The position numbers and the translations under genes were made by a program. From assembly GCA_024679065.1 (NCBI GenBank), contig JAGIQG010000016.1, forward strand, positions 12,338,001 to 12,402,000: DNA of 64,000 nucleotides. The letters run 5' to 3'. Of the stretch, positions 40,312 through 53,290 are shown piece after piece; position 1 is the stretch's first letter; every line of letters begins with the position of its first letter. Origin of the DNA: Sphyrna mokarran (Eukaryota). Below the pieces are notes generated by a model. The model did no database searches. It was not told where the DNA came from and saw nothing but the letters and a program-made list of their open reading frames with translations.

Positions 40312-41385
40312 ACTATCTTTGATAAACTTGCTTAATCTTCAGTGCAACAAGAGGCTAAATCCCCCTTGATAATTAAACTATATATTTACTTGAGTTCATT
40401 TCCGATCAATTTCGTCCCTCGGTCACAAGAAAGGGACCCTTGAAGTCGGATAAATTATATGGTTGTGCAGGTGATTGCTCAACCTGCAATCACCTGCAGG
40501 TTCATAAACCTGTCATAAGTTCATGAAACTGTCGACGGCACTGATTAGCAGCTTATTTTTTCAGTTTTCATTTTTCGACAGAACAGAAAAGGTATTGTTG
40601 ATTGATTGGACCCATTAAGCCTGTACCACCTCTCCAAAAGAGCAAAACTTCCAGACCCTGTTCTTCTATTCTGATGTATACCTCTGTATTCCGCCTAAAC
40701 TAAATATCTGGAGAGGACTAAACGGCTATTGCTAGGACAAAACCAGCTAACGTGCACATTTTTGCACTCTGCAAGTTATTTTTTTCACCTCAGTAAAGGT
40801 GTAAACAAAAGAGAAAATCAAAACTACCTACACGCAATCACTCTTGGTAGGATTGGAAGCATGCGCCATGCCGCACTGAAGGAGCAGTGTTAACAACAAT
40901 CCCATTCCTCCACGCTGCAGCATAGACTTTCAACAGGTTTCCACAATGTTAATAAGCCGTCAGCTAATTGTGCAGCAGATACATTCAGCTGCCGTTTGAT
41001 ATCTCGACAATAAATCAGTCACTGGTATCTGTTACAATTTTGATCACAAAAGAAGTTGCTCATGGGTAGCGAACATAGCAACTTAAACTGAAGATGGTTG
41101 TGAACATCCTATCTATATTCCAATGATACGATATGCTGAGCCACTTTTTAAAGATGCCAAAATGTTATCGTCATCGGCCGTAAGTTTACTTTGTAATCAA
41201 GAAAACCAAGAGCAACTACACATGGCCGGTCTGAAAAGCGTTGACATTGCATGACAAAACAGTCACTGGGGATATGTTACAAACTCAAATTTTGGCATGG
41301 CATTCGCCAAGCCTTTAATGTCTACTGTTATAAATGAGAGCTGTGTTTTCGTTTCCACCAGCATTTAAGCAAATTTTTAGCACAC

Positions 41386-41412
41386 CTTTGTCTTTAGCTT
41401 CCTTCTCTGCCG
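41386..41412 (-). CDS. Coiled-coil gene microexon, 27 nt, type D: (A)AEKEAKDK
   Basis: gtgtcatcttcacag|cggcagagaaggaagctaaagacaaag|gtgtgc. Confidence 0.8.
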
Positions 41413-41751
41413 CTGTGAAGATGACACATATAGTAACTTTGATAATTTGAGGGGACAAGTTGCATCTGAACAATCAAAATCACGAACTTAGCTTTACGCG
41501 CATTAATAAGACCATACATTATCACAGCACTTGGTCAGCAATAGAGGAACGAAAATTACTGTTTATCAATGTTATGTATGTTTTATCTCCTGGAGTTCTT
41601 TTCTTTAATTAGTTGAATTCAAAAGTCATGCATTTTCCTATGCGTACACGTCGCAATTCGTAAATCAATGGAACCAACACGTCTCAACAAGATACGTGGT
41701 GATACACATGTCTATTTTATTCTGGAACATTTTAATGCTTATTCAGTCTAC

Positions 41752-41778
41752 CTTGCTCTTTTTCTCGCAGTGTTTGCT
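41752..41778 (-). CDS. Coiled-coil gene microexon, 27 nt, type A: (E)QTLREKEQ
   Basis: cctttctgtttcctttctgttag|agcaaacactgcgagaaaaagagcaag|gtagac. Confidence 0.85.
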
Positions 41779-42167
41779 CTAACAGAAAGGAAACAGAAAG
41801 GGTTTTGAAAAGGTGACATAGTAATTGAAATAGCTGGGGATACGAGGTAGTCTTGTCAACTATTAGAAATCGCAAAACAGTACGAACATGTTATTACATT
41901 TATAGCTGCAAATAACGTTTTATTGTTTAAAAGTGCACTTATTATTTGCCGTCAAAAATACTACCTAAGTAAATGGACATTTTCCCTATACAACTTATTG
42001 GAATTAACACAATCTATGAAATTTATTGTACAGGTTAAGTTACGAAATTATCTTGAACTGATTCCGAAATATATCGATCTATTTGTTATTAGAAGTCGGT
42101 TTGAGTCATTAGCATGTAGAACCTATTTGCGGGCGAGCTTTCAGCAACATAGTATACCTCAACTCAC

Positions 42168-42203
42168 CTAGATCTTTTAAAGCATCCTGACAGTTTGCTA
42201 AGT
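42168..42203 (-). CDS. Coiled-coil gene microexon, 36 nt, type C: (D)LANCQDALKDL
   Basis: ctttcgttctgttatctag|acttagcaaactgtcaggatgctttaaaagatctag|gtgagt. Confidence 0.9.
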
Positions 42204-43147
42204 CTAGATAACAGAACGAAAGATTTTTTTGAGCATGATAAACTTCGTCTTGCCATTCTAAACATTGGAATATAGGTTAGCTTTACAATTTAGTTCTATC
42301 AATGAATACGACTGTTGTAGATCTGTATACTTCTTACGAACTTAAGTCATATTAGAGATTTACCACACCTATTCTTCTTTTTTTTTTCCTTCCCAGATCT
42401 GCTCAGTTTCAATTCTGCACATTTCCATCACAAGAATTACGATTATTGCTTATGTTTTCATTCCACGCAATGAAACTCGTGAATGTAGTATTTCCTAATT
42501 GCATTTATTTGTGTCTGAATAGCCACGTTCTGTTGGTTTACATATTGTAAATTTATATTCCATATTTTTGTAAGAAAAAATACAACTATCATGTTATTGG
42601 ATAGCTCGTGTTGTCAATAATCATCCTGATATTTATGATTCCGAAGTTCTGGTAGAAATATGTCAATGCTCATTGAACTTTCCAGTACTCAAAATACATA
42701 AAATATGAAATATGACTGGGATAGTTATGCATTGTTATCAACTGTATTCTTACTAATATCTATAACATGTTGAAAATCGATATGCTGCTTATTGTGTTCC
42801 CTATCTCATTCTCTGCTCATACATTTCATCCCATTGCTACTTTGTCATGCTAACATGAACATCAGAAGCGGATACAATTGCTATGTTATGTCCATTATGA
42901 TCTGCTTGAACTGTCAACGCACACTTTTGCTTTCCCAGAAAATTCCGAACTCTTATTACTTTGTTTAGCTTTGCCTTAAAAATACTATAACAGTCTGCAT
43001 CAATGTCAAATTGATCAGGAGAGTACCGGAAACTCACAAAACTTTTGAATGAAGACTAAAATCTGGCCTTTTCTTAAAAAAAAAGTGATATGACTTTTTA
43101 ATCATCCGTGGTCACTTCATTTTGATTCTCTGACAAATTGAAATATT

Positions 43148-44494
43148 GGGTCAGACTTTACCAATCGAAGGCTAAGTGCCGGATCCGGATGTAAAACGGA
43201 TCAGTGCCCGGAATCCTCGTTCTAGTGGGCCCAGACGTTTTTTTTTTGTTTCCGGCTCCGGTCCGGTCTGCGCTGCCGGGACGATCGGAGCTCACAACTG
43301 CGCATGAGCAGTTCGGGGAAGAAAATCTGAAACAGCGCGCCAGAGCGCGCAAGACTAAGAAAAAGCAGAGAGTCCGCGGTGAAGGAGGGGAGGATGACCC
43401 GCGATCGGACCCTCCCGGAGGCAGCCCACCCAACCCCCGCCAACTCGGCAGAGCACACTCCTCGTGATCCATGCGCCTCGGAAGGCAGCCCCCTACGCGA
43501 TCCATCCACCTTGGGATGCAGCCACACCTTTCCCTCCTGGCGACGTAATCCCCTGAAAAAAAGCACTCCTTCTCCCCGTTCAGAATTCCCCTGGAGGCAG
43601 TCGCCCTCGATCAGTCGTCCTCCGCAGAGGCAGCCAACACCCTCCCCCCTTACCGCACACCCCCAAACGACCACAACTGATAATGTTCATGCCCCATCCT
43701 TTTGACTTGCACTCCTTGATAAACAGATGCCGGAGTTGTACTGGGGTAAGCACAGCAAGAAATCCCACAACGCCAGGTTAAAGACCTGTTGGATTTTAAC
43801 CTGGTGTTGTGAGACGACTTACTGTGTTTACCCACTGCAACGCCGGTATGTCCAAACCAACGAGTGCAGCTCAAAACAGAGATCAACAATGAAGGTGGGA
43901 GGGGTTGCTGTGCCGATAGCGGCCTATGTGCCTGAGGGGTTGAGGGGCAGTCTCCCCGCGTGTGGAGAAGTGGGTTGGCAGGAGGGGGAGGGTGAGTAGC
44001 AGGTGGAGGGGGTGCTTGATGGCGGAGGGAGGGCTGATTCCCGGGTTGGGTGCATCACAGCGTAGAGGAGGGGAGGAAGTTGGAAGCCTGTAATAAGAGG
44101 GCATGTTGCCTCCCAAGGGGAATGGATTGCGGGCAGGCTGTGGTCTTAGGAAGGGGGTCTGCCTCCCGGTGGTTGTCTGTCCGGGGTGGGTGTTATGGTC
44201 TGTCTCCAGGGTGGTCCAGTCGCGGGGGTGGGAATGGGACTCTGACGGGGTGAATGGAGGGGGCGGGGGTATATGTGAAGGATGCTCGAGGAGGATGGTC
44301 TTCAGAAACTCCCCTGCAGAACAGGAATCCGCTTCGGATTTTTATTCTGCGGGTTGGTAACAATGCGGATCCGAAAGTTTGGCAGTAGATTTGGGCGCGC
44401 GGTTCATGACATCGATTATAGGTCCAGCGTCCTAATTTACTTGCATTTCGCGCCCAAAAGCGGGCGCGATTATTTTTGGTGTGAAATCGGGCCC
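43148..44494. mobile_element. Non-autonomous Harbinger-like element (GC-rich, TIR-bounded)
   Basis: Ends gggtcagactttacca... and ...ggtgtgaaatcgggccc are imperfect inverted repeats; sharp GC rise. Confidence 0.5.
43726..43852. mobile_element. Fold-back remnant of Penelope-like element ends
   Basis: ~55-bp imperfect inverted arms; sequence recalls shark Penelope-type termini (ctgttgga.tttaacctggtgttgtgagac). Family assignment is from recall. Confidence 0.6.
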
Positions 44495-45049
44495 ATTATC
44501 TGATATCTACACCGAAAAAAAAAACATTTCAACGAGAGATTGTTTTCGATGAAGTCGCTGCTTACACGTTAAAACTGCATCAAATGCAAACGTGATCTTT
44601 GCAGATTTTCCGCGTAAGTAAAGCGATCCTTTCTTGGAATGAGTTGATTATATCTTACTGCGACTTATGCATTTTCATTTTTATTTGAAGATGAGTTCAA
44701 AACTCCATAAATGCTACGTCGCGGCTCATTATCACCTTGCAAATCTGAAGCATAAGTTCCAATAATGAAGTAATCCATTTCCTATGCAATAAACAATAGC
44801 AGTCTTGCAGGATTTCCGTTGAACTATTGTCTCACATCAGGATAATTTGATCTGTGAGCAGTGCAGAAGTCTGTTATCTCGCACTCTCGATATAATGAGC
44901 TATTTTCGTATTATTCCTGAAAACAATGATATTTCCTAACACTACACTCCATTTGGCAATTTGTTGTTCACAGAATAGTAATAGAATAGTAATAGTAATA
45001 GAATTGTATTTCCTCTCTCTCGCTTTACAATTTGTATCTTATTTATCTT

Positions 45050-45760
45050 CCTGCCATAGACCAATATAACATAGATATCTTTAGGCCCTTCATTAAAGTA
45101 ATCGATTTATTTAGAGATATCCACACTGACCTGTTTATAAACAATTCAGCATAGGCTGTCCATCGGACAAAGACATACTTATTTCTATTTTCTGCTGCCT
45201 GCGAGCTAGTTTTTCTTCAAGCTATGCCTTTATGTTACCAGCTCTAACTTAATCATTATTTTTTGCAATAAAGTTAGATATGGCAGATTTTTTTGAAGAA
45301 GTTCTGGAAATTGAATTAGAATTCACCTCCCTGATTCTGCTGCATCCACAGCACAAGCAACCTTCAAATAGCTTCAACAGATTGGCTAATACGTTTTCCT
45401 TCTAATAATAACCGTTACTCCTGGCTTTGGATTTTATCAATTGCCCACTAATCCGATGGAAATAATGAATTCCCGTCATTCCCTTCTGATAGGCTTTGGA
45501 CTAACTTCCAAATATATATATTTTTTCTTGACCTTGTTTCACCCTCTTTCTGAATAAAAGTCTCGCTTTTTTTATTATCTTCCAATCTCCGGAATCTCTC
45601 ATTAATCGAGTGTAATTGGAAAATTAAAACTGATGCATCAACAATCTTATTACAAATAGAAGGCGTTCTTCTAAAACCACCAGAGCCATTGTTCATGTCA
45701 ACCCCCAGTTTGACCAACTTGTCCAACATCTCATTCATGCAATGCTATCTTGTATGAATG
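45050..45760 (-). mobile_element. Old CR1 fragments, reverse orientation
   Basis: Reverse strand resembles the CR1 RT segment WIxNWLxxRKQRV and CR1 3' sequence. Confidence 0.45.
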
Positions 45761-45909
45761 ACGACTTCCATTTGCAGGATTTACTCAGTTTAAAACATAT
45801 CTGAAAAAAACAAATCGCTTAATATATGATCTGATTGGAAAATACTTTTAATGGTACAATATAATAACTATTCACAAGTAGGAACAGGACAATCAATTGC
45901 TCCACTCGC

Positions 45910-45936
45910 CTTCTTTTAATACTTTTATTTTCTTTT
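45910..45936 (-). CDS. Coiled-coil gene microexon, 27 nt, type B: (E)KKIKVLKE, GC donor
   Basis: ttttttttgtcgctaacag|aaaagaaaataaaagtattaaaagaag|gcgagt. Non-canonical GC donor in an otherwise strong AAG/GCGAGT context. Confidence 0.72.
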
Positions 45937-46499
45937 CTGTTAGCGACAAAAAAAACACACACACATTCTGTGTAATACCACATTATTCCCCAATTGATTT
46001 ATCATATTTCATATATGCTATTCCATATTTTTTTTACCATTTTCGTGTCAACGTATGCATTGTAAATATATTTATATTGTATTACAAACATACACTCTGC
46101 AGTGGAAAATTCAGATATCAAAACAGCGACCGCACGTTTGGAAACTATTGAGAATATTTACTGGATCTTCAGACGAAATTATCGACCTTCATGACCATGG
46201 TCAGTGATAAGATGAAATTCGCACACGTGGTAAAACGTAGAAAGTGGATCATATCAGTCCAATACACGATTTTCTTTTAAACATATAACATTTTTTTTTC
46301 CAGAGCCACGGTGTTGGGAAACACTGAATAATACCTTGCTTACATCTCACAGCTGACTGAGAGTCAGTTCTTGCAAGGAAGCTTGGAGACATATGACAAT
46401 TCAAATAAAAATAAAACATTCAAATTCCGAAAGCAGCCGGACCCTGCATAGGCTGGGAAGTGGTAAGCGAAGAAGTGTCGCAGAAGTATCAAACAATTG

Positions 46500-47530
46500 T
46501 TATCTTAAACAAAATTGCATTTATGTGTCAAATCGTTGAATACAGCAGTTGGGACGTCTTGTTGAAGTTGTAAAAAGACAGAGGTGAGACCACATCTGGA
46601 ATACAGTGTACAGTTCTCGTCACTCGATTATAGAAATGATATCGCTAAACGAGAAACAATGCAGAAGAGACTGCCTGTAGGATGCTACAGGGACATGAAA
46701 GATGGAGTCACACAGAGGTGTTGCATTGACTGGAACTTTTTTTTTCTCTCTAGAGCGAGGGACGCTAAAGCTTGATCTTATAGAAGTCTATAAATTAATG
46801 ACGGATATTGATCAGCTAGAAAGTCAATATCTCTTGCCAAAGTTACGGGAGTCTAAAACTAGAAGGTAAAGTTTCAGGTAAAAGGGGGAGATGCGAAAGA
46901 TCCAGAGAGGCATTTGTTTTTAATTCAGAGAATGGTTTATGACTGGATCAAACTGCCAGATGTAGTAATTGAGTTGCGTCCAATTTTGTCTTTTAAAATA
47001 CATTTAGACATGGATAAGATGAGTACAGAGGGATATGAGCTCAATGCCATCAATTAAAAGTAACTGAAAAGTTAAAAAGGGCTACAATGATAAATTGGGC
47101 CGAAAGCCCTATTTCGATGGTGTAACCTTCTGTGGCTCTAAGACTCCAAGTATCTCCCCTTAAAACACAAACCGATTATCATAACTGAGTACCCCAGTAT
47201 CTGTGCTATCGTTATACAATTGACACGAAACTGAATTGAACCAACAGTTCAATTAAACCCTTCAGATGCATTTTTTTATGTAATGCCCCTTAAATAAATA
47301 TTCACAATGGAAGACTTTTTTTTTGAATACGTGTTGCATTTTCCTTTCGTGCAATGGACGAAGCCAAGGAGTTGACACTTTAGGAGCTTTCAAGCGGTTA
47401 TTGGATAAGCGCATGGAGCACTCCAGAATGATAGGGAGGGAGTCGCTTGATCTTGGGATTGGACATAGCCCGGCATAACATTGAGGGCCGAAGGGCCTGT
47501 ACTGTGCTATAATGTTCTATGTTTTTATGT
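46500..47530 (+). mobile_element. CR1 3' fragments (46500-47140 and 47370-47530)
   Basis: VRPHLEYSVQFSS motif; tail gagggccgaagggcctgtactgtgctataatgttctatg. Confidence 0.8.
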
Positions 47531-47728
47531 TTCTGTGTAAGTCTGGTAAAACCATTGAAAATGCATAAAAGTATGTAGGTAGAATCGTGAAAAAATCCAT
47601 GTTATAAATTAGATATTGTACTGTACATTTTTTCCAACAATTCAATTCTGTATGATAAAAAATGCCTCATCAGCACAAAATGCATGTGTTCTTGTCTGTG
47701 AGCCAGGAAATAACGAGTTTATTCTCAC

Positions 47729-47764
47729 CGAATCCTTCGCTCATGATGATGCACGCAGCCAGCT
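47729..47764 (-). CDS. Coiled-coil gene microexon, 36 nt, divergent type C: (E)LAACIIMSEGF
   Basis: ttttcatttcgttcacacatag|agctggctgcgtgcatcatcatgagcgaaggattcg|gtgaga. ELxxC start conserved, second half divergent. Confidence 0.72.
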
Positions 47765-48570
47765 CTATGTGTGAACGAAATGAAAATATCAGACTGTGCA
47801 TAATAACTTTCTGCTTGTTTTCTTGAGTAAGTAGCAAAGCTATGGCATCAACTCACATTTTGATATCCGGAAATGAAAATATGATGCGTTGTACAGAGTC
47901 GATATTTCCTCTTGAATACGAGATTGTGTTGTTGAAGCTTAGTCCCTAAAACCTGGATATCCTGAAGACTTAAATCAAGAAAGTTTGAAAAGAGCACTTC
48001 CGTCATTATATGTCACGATCTCAGTTCAGCAAATATTCATTAATTGCTTACACCAATTCAGGAACGTGAGCAGCGAGAGCTTAATCTTTAAAAAATGGCA
48101 GTCGGGAGTTTATAACCATCCAATCGGATAACATATAATCACAAACTTAGGCCATTAACTATAGGCAATCCTTCCTGTTCATTTTTTGACTGCAGGGGGA
48201 ATCTTGCAAACTGGCGAAAGACCACACAGACATGGGTACAAAGTAAATATTCGTCACAGCTCGGCGAGACTGCATTTTATCATGAAATCCTGAAGGTGAG
48301 GAGCAAAACTATTAACCATTGTACTATCGTTCTGACCTGTCAGAACATTAGTTGCATAAATGTAAATTCTGCACAATAGATTCAAGAGATTAGCTGTTAA
48401 GTATCATTAAATCGCTTTCTTTTGCATTGAGTGTTGAATCGAACAGATGCTAACAAACGTTTAGCCCATTGCTCCAAGATACTCTTTTAAATTATATCGG
48501 ATATTGCGATATACGTTACATGCGAAAAAAATGTAGCTGGGCGAATTCGGAAAACAATGTTAACAGGTAC

Positions 48571-48597
48571 CTGTTTCTTTTGCCTTTAATTTTTCTT
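48571..48597 (-). CDS. Coiled-coil gene microexon, 27 nt, type A: (E)EKLKAKET
   Basis: cctttaatctttacag|aagaaaaattaaaggcaaaagaaacag|gtacct. Confidence 0.83.
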
Positions 48598-49968
48598 CTG
48601 TAAAGATTAAAGGTTTGCACAACTTTGCATCAGTCGCAGGATCACATGCAACTTGATGTGTTTCACTATTACGCGACGTTGTGTTAACATTACTAACGGA
48701 TAAAATGTAGAAATATGATTAAAACGCTATCATTCTTTCAGTCACAGACTCGAATCAAGCTGAGGAAAGGCAACGAAACATACTGTAAGGTTAGTGTAAA
48801 TAAAACTAATCATTCTGTCAAAAATGTTGCAATCGTAATATGCATTTTATTGCCACTGTTTTAGTTTATGTTAATCATATAAAAAAAACGACTTTTCCTT
48901 GTTGCAAGTGATGATCTTAAAATCGAGCCATGTCTTGGAGCTTTCGTTCACGCGTCACAGAAATAAACAGTACATTCTCAGATCGACAGAATCGTGTTCT
49001 GTTTTCCGTGCGACTGATCAAAATAAAACTGTATTAAAATAGACAGCAAGCCACTGGAAGCAAAGTAGCATCGGGTTGCCGTATCATAGATACTTGTTAC
49101 AAAGTTGAGGGGCGGCGAGGTGGAGGGCGGATGCGATCGGTGGAGAGAGCCAATAAAATCGCTTACAAAGTAAACTGAAGAAGGAGGCTCAGACCCAGAA
49201 ATGTTCGCATTCCAGACAACATACGATGACCGGAAAAAACATATATTCCGCATGTGAAAAGAATTGCTCGTAGCATATCTTGAAAGAATGAAAAAAAGTG
49301 ATTAGCACATCACCGATTTTTTTAAGAATCCATTCCAATTGTAGTTATATCTTTCGATGAAATTTTGATAAATAATACCCCGTGGAGCAGCATTTTCCTT
49401 CATGGTGTGGCCAGCGATCAGGAATTGTTCCCGCGAGTATATGCCATGGAATTTTTTGAAGCGCAATTTAATAACTACGTGGTCTATTGGTGGTTATATA
49501 TTTAGAATTACATAAATTGTGGAGAAAGTTCCATGCCTAAATCGTCGAGGGAGTAGGTTGGAATCCCTCCTGAAACGGTTAGGATTTTGTGGGGTTTCGT
49601 TTGTTGGGCAGCTGTCTGAAGTCTGAGTGGGATCATAAGAATATATGGCCACTGTCTTGATCGGAACTGTCATTTATTATAAAGTTGTGTTTCCAGCACA
49701 TTTACCTTGTGCGTTCACGTGCAATGCGTAGAATTTATAAGTATTACCGTAGTAAAAGCATGTTATTATTAGCTGAACTTTGATAGCACAGTTTCTGGTT
49801 ACAGGCAAAAAATAATGTACTAATGTTTTCGTTTTTCTTTTCTTCCTCCCGAACGATGGTCGAGATTCTGAGAAATATGGTACATTCAGTAAAATGGTGT
49901 TGACCACTATTCAGATATAAAAAAAAACTTGATAATGTGGTTTACAATCAGAAAAAAAAAACAAAGAT

Positions 49969-50170
49969 GGGGCTTGTCATGCCATTTATCCGGATTATCC
50001 TGTTCCGCCCAAAATAAAACCCAGCCCACGACTTTCTCGCCGACATGGGGTCACATAAATGAAAGTTCCCATTCACAGGGCAAGGACCATTGAATCCTAC
50101 CATTTGTAAGCGGGTCCACCCTGCCACTGGCCAGGAACCACACAACAAGTAGGCCGGAGAATTCTGTTTA
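49969..50170. mobile_element. Possible MITE (Harbinger-type)
   Basis: Short GC-richer segment ending ggccggagaattctg. Confidence 0.3.
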
Positions 50171-51919
50171 ACATTTTGGAAAAAAAAAACTGCCGCTAAA
50201 ATCTGATAGTTTGTGAATTCAAACTGATTGTGAACTTCACATGTATTAAAACAAAACAGTTACTGTCCATTTGCTAATCGTTTAGTTATAATATTATTGC
50301 ATCCAATAATTTATTCAACATATTGTTTATATATCTTCCGATGCATTGATTATATTTAGAAATGCTGACACTTCCAAAGTCTTATTTGTTTGCTTAGAAA
50401 TGAGCTAAAGTGATAAACAAAAAAGTGATCTCCTTCTGATTTTGATATGACTCATTGCAAAACCATGTTGAATTACCATGAGAACTCTTCCGTTTCAATG
50501 TACATTGTTAAAAAAATTCTTTGAATGAGTTGTAGAATGTCAAGTGAGTGTGTCATGCAATATGTCCTATTGCTTCTGGTTCCGATTTCTCAAATCTGAC
50601 TTAATTTCATAATTTAAAAAATACTCCAGTGTCCTGAGAATTTTGGGAACTTTTGGATACCGGATGCCTTGTCGTGGCTTTGTTTTGAAATTTACAGCTT
50701 CCATGTCTATAGAAACAACATTGTTCGAACGAGGAAAAAGATGCTGCCTGGTGTCTTGACGGGTGTGACATTAAATTAGTAATAAAATCACAAATGTGAT
50801 CTTTAAATTGTGACATGATTCTCTTGCCAAAGTTGTGATCAAATAGTATGATGAATATGCGCCTCAAAGAAGTGTGTGTATGTACCGAGAACTGTTTCAT
50901 TTGAAATCAGTAATGGGGAAAATGGAGGATCGTGATTATTAATCTTTGGGTCTATCTGAATTTGATCCATGCTTGGACCAGTTTTCTTCAAAAACTCAAA
51001 ACTAAAAATAAGTGGAGAACTACTGAATACAAATAGTTCTGGAGAGGGGATACAAAGGCTTACAAAACAGATCGCTATGAGCCAATTGCAATACTGATAT
51101 TGAAGTAATAATGCACAGAGTTGCTGGAATGACAAAGGCACCAACATTAAAAAGAAAACAACGAATAGACTCCAATAAATAAGATAAAACTGATGAAATC
51201 AATGTCTCTTTGCATAAGTACACGAATATTCAGTACATCAAATAGAAATAAATGGCTTAAATTGAGATTTATGGATATGATCATACAACCATTTCAAATA
51301 CATTGTTACAAGGAAATCGAAACTCAACTGTCACTTTTCGGAATTGTGTGCATTCCCAAGGAGAGACAGGAATAGATAGATTTTGCATAGCTTTGTTGGT
51401 GCGAAATATAATTAAGTAAGGTAGGTAGAAACTATGTGGAAGCAATCTGGGGAGAGGAGATAAGCTTGATGACCAAGAAAATAGGGGGAAGAAAAGCTTT
51501 GAGTGTTAAGTAGCACACAATAAAAATGTGCAATAAGCACTTCGGCTGTTATGAAGAAAACTCAAAAGAAAAAAAAAGAAAGATGGTACCATAAAAAATG
51601 TAATGAAGTTGGAATTTCAGATCAAAAATACGCATTCGAGAAGGAAGACAATAAATCTATACTTGATAACCCACATTGTTGCTGTCAATACTTTGCAAGA
51701 GATTGACCCCTGATAAATAAATAAATAACAGCCGAGTAGAATGAAACAAAAAAATGGCATTTTGACGATGGCACTGTCTTAGTATTGCAGGGTGCCACAT
51801 GAATTCACAGGAGACAGTGATAGGTCCTACATTATTTACAGCATGTGTTAATATACATTGGACGAGGGTGTGAATGCAACATTTCAATGTTTGCATTTAA
51901 CACAAAAAAAACAGGTGAG

Positions 51920-52200
51920 GTGTGAAATCATAGTGGCACTGTTGTTAACACTGCTGTTTTACAGTGTCAGGGACCCGTGGCTCAATTCCAGAGTCGGGTC
52001 ACTGTCTGGGATTTGCATCTTCCCCATTTGTCTGTGTTGGTTTCCTCCGAATTCTTCGGTTTCCTCCCACAGTCTGAAAAGAAAACGCGTTGCTTCGGTG
52101 CATTGACCTGAGGAGGTGCCAACGGGTGGCGACGAGAGTAATTTGCTGTAGTTTCATTAAAGTATTAATGTAAGCCTTATTTGCGACTAATAAATGAACT
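51920..52200 (+). mobile_element. V-SINE with L2-type tail
   Basis: gtcagggacccgtggctcaattcc...gggtcactgtctg...ggtttcctcccacagtc...taatgtaagcctta; same family as 8944-9237. Confidence 0.8.
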
Positions 52201-52449
52201 TCAAATTTAAGCGTAGAAGGCGGCACGTGGGTTTTCACGGCTTTGGTCGAGCAAACACTTAAATTCCGGTCCGAGGCCAAAGGACACTTCCCTTGTCCGC
52301 GAAACGCCTGCCTTCATTCAGTAACAGGCGATCTATTCAAATTCCAGCTCAAATATCGGCAGACCGTTACGTGGGTATTTAGCAAGTGATTTTAAAACAT
52401 TGGCAAATGCAATTTTGCGTCACAAATGTACACATTGTGCACCTTTGTT

Positions 52450-53290
52450 AGGATCATGAAGGACCTAGAAAGTATTTCCATGGAGAATGGAGATAGAATG
52501 TGTAGCATCGTGGGATTTTTGGGTCTCGCCGCTAAATCGCAACAACTTAGTAGGAACGTTCAGCAGGTAATATGAAAGCCAGAAGGAACATTGTCTGAAT
52601 TTCAAAAGGAATGCAGTGCACCAAAAGTTAAGTCTTGCTGTGGTGACCAGTGTTTGATTCCACCGACGATTGTCTGTTTGGAGTCTGCACGTTCTGTCAG
52701 TATCTGCCTGAATTTATTTCGGACGCTCCTGTTTCCTTCCATAAGCCATCAATGAGCATGTGGACTATAAAAATCCTTGTCGTTGCAACTTTTGTAAATT
52801 AGCAAGGATATACGTAGGTTCATATGAATTGGCATTGGGATTTAACAAAAAAAAATGCATGGACAATTTGGGCCAAAGGATCTGTTTACATGCTCTAAAC
52901 CTCTATGACTCTATGGGAGATTGAGAATGAGAGGCGACTTTTTTGAGATAGATGAGATTCTCTCGCCGTCTGAAACTGTGGGACGTTATGCCTCATTCTG
53001 TTGGGATTCCGCGATCAGAATGCATAATCTCAAAGATGGTCACCATTAAAACAGAGATAATTCGACGTTTTCGGAGCGCGCTGAGTCTGCGGAATCTGTA
53101 AATGCAGAGTGCTATCATTACTCATTAAATATGTTCAATGCAGAGATAGCAGAATTGTTTTTTCAATAAAGAAACCAAGGGTTAATGTTGCATTGGGAAA
53201 GCAGAGTTCTGGATTATTATCAGATGACTCACCATCTCTCCGAATGGACGAACAGCCTTCATGAACAATTGCCTTACCTCTGCTGCACAT
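52450..53290 (+). mobile_element. Old CR1 3' fragments with a nested SINE piece
   Basis: CR1 3' relics; SINE V-domain gtctgtttggagtctgcacgttct at ~52672. Confidence 0.55.

Noticed and set aside
45179-45221. LEEKLARRQQKIEI followed by gtatgt, resembling a coiled-coil exon
   Set aside because: Poor acceptor; explained as the decayed CR1 RT segment WIxNWLxxRKQRV.
49105-49160. Two GC boxes and a CCAAT, promoter-like
   Set aside because: No associated exon or CpG island; short motifs alone are insufficient.
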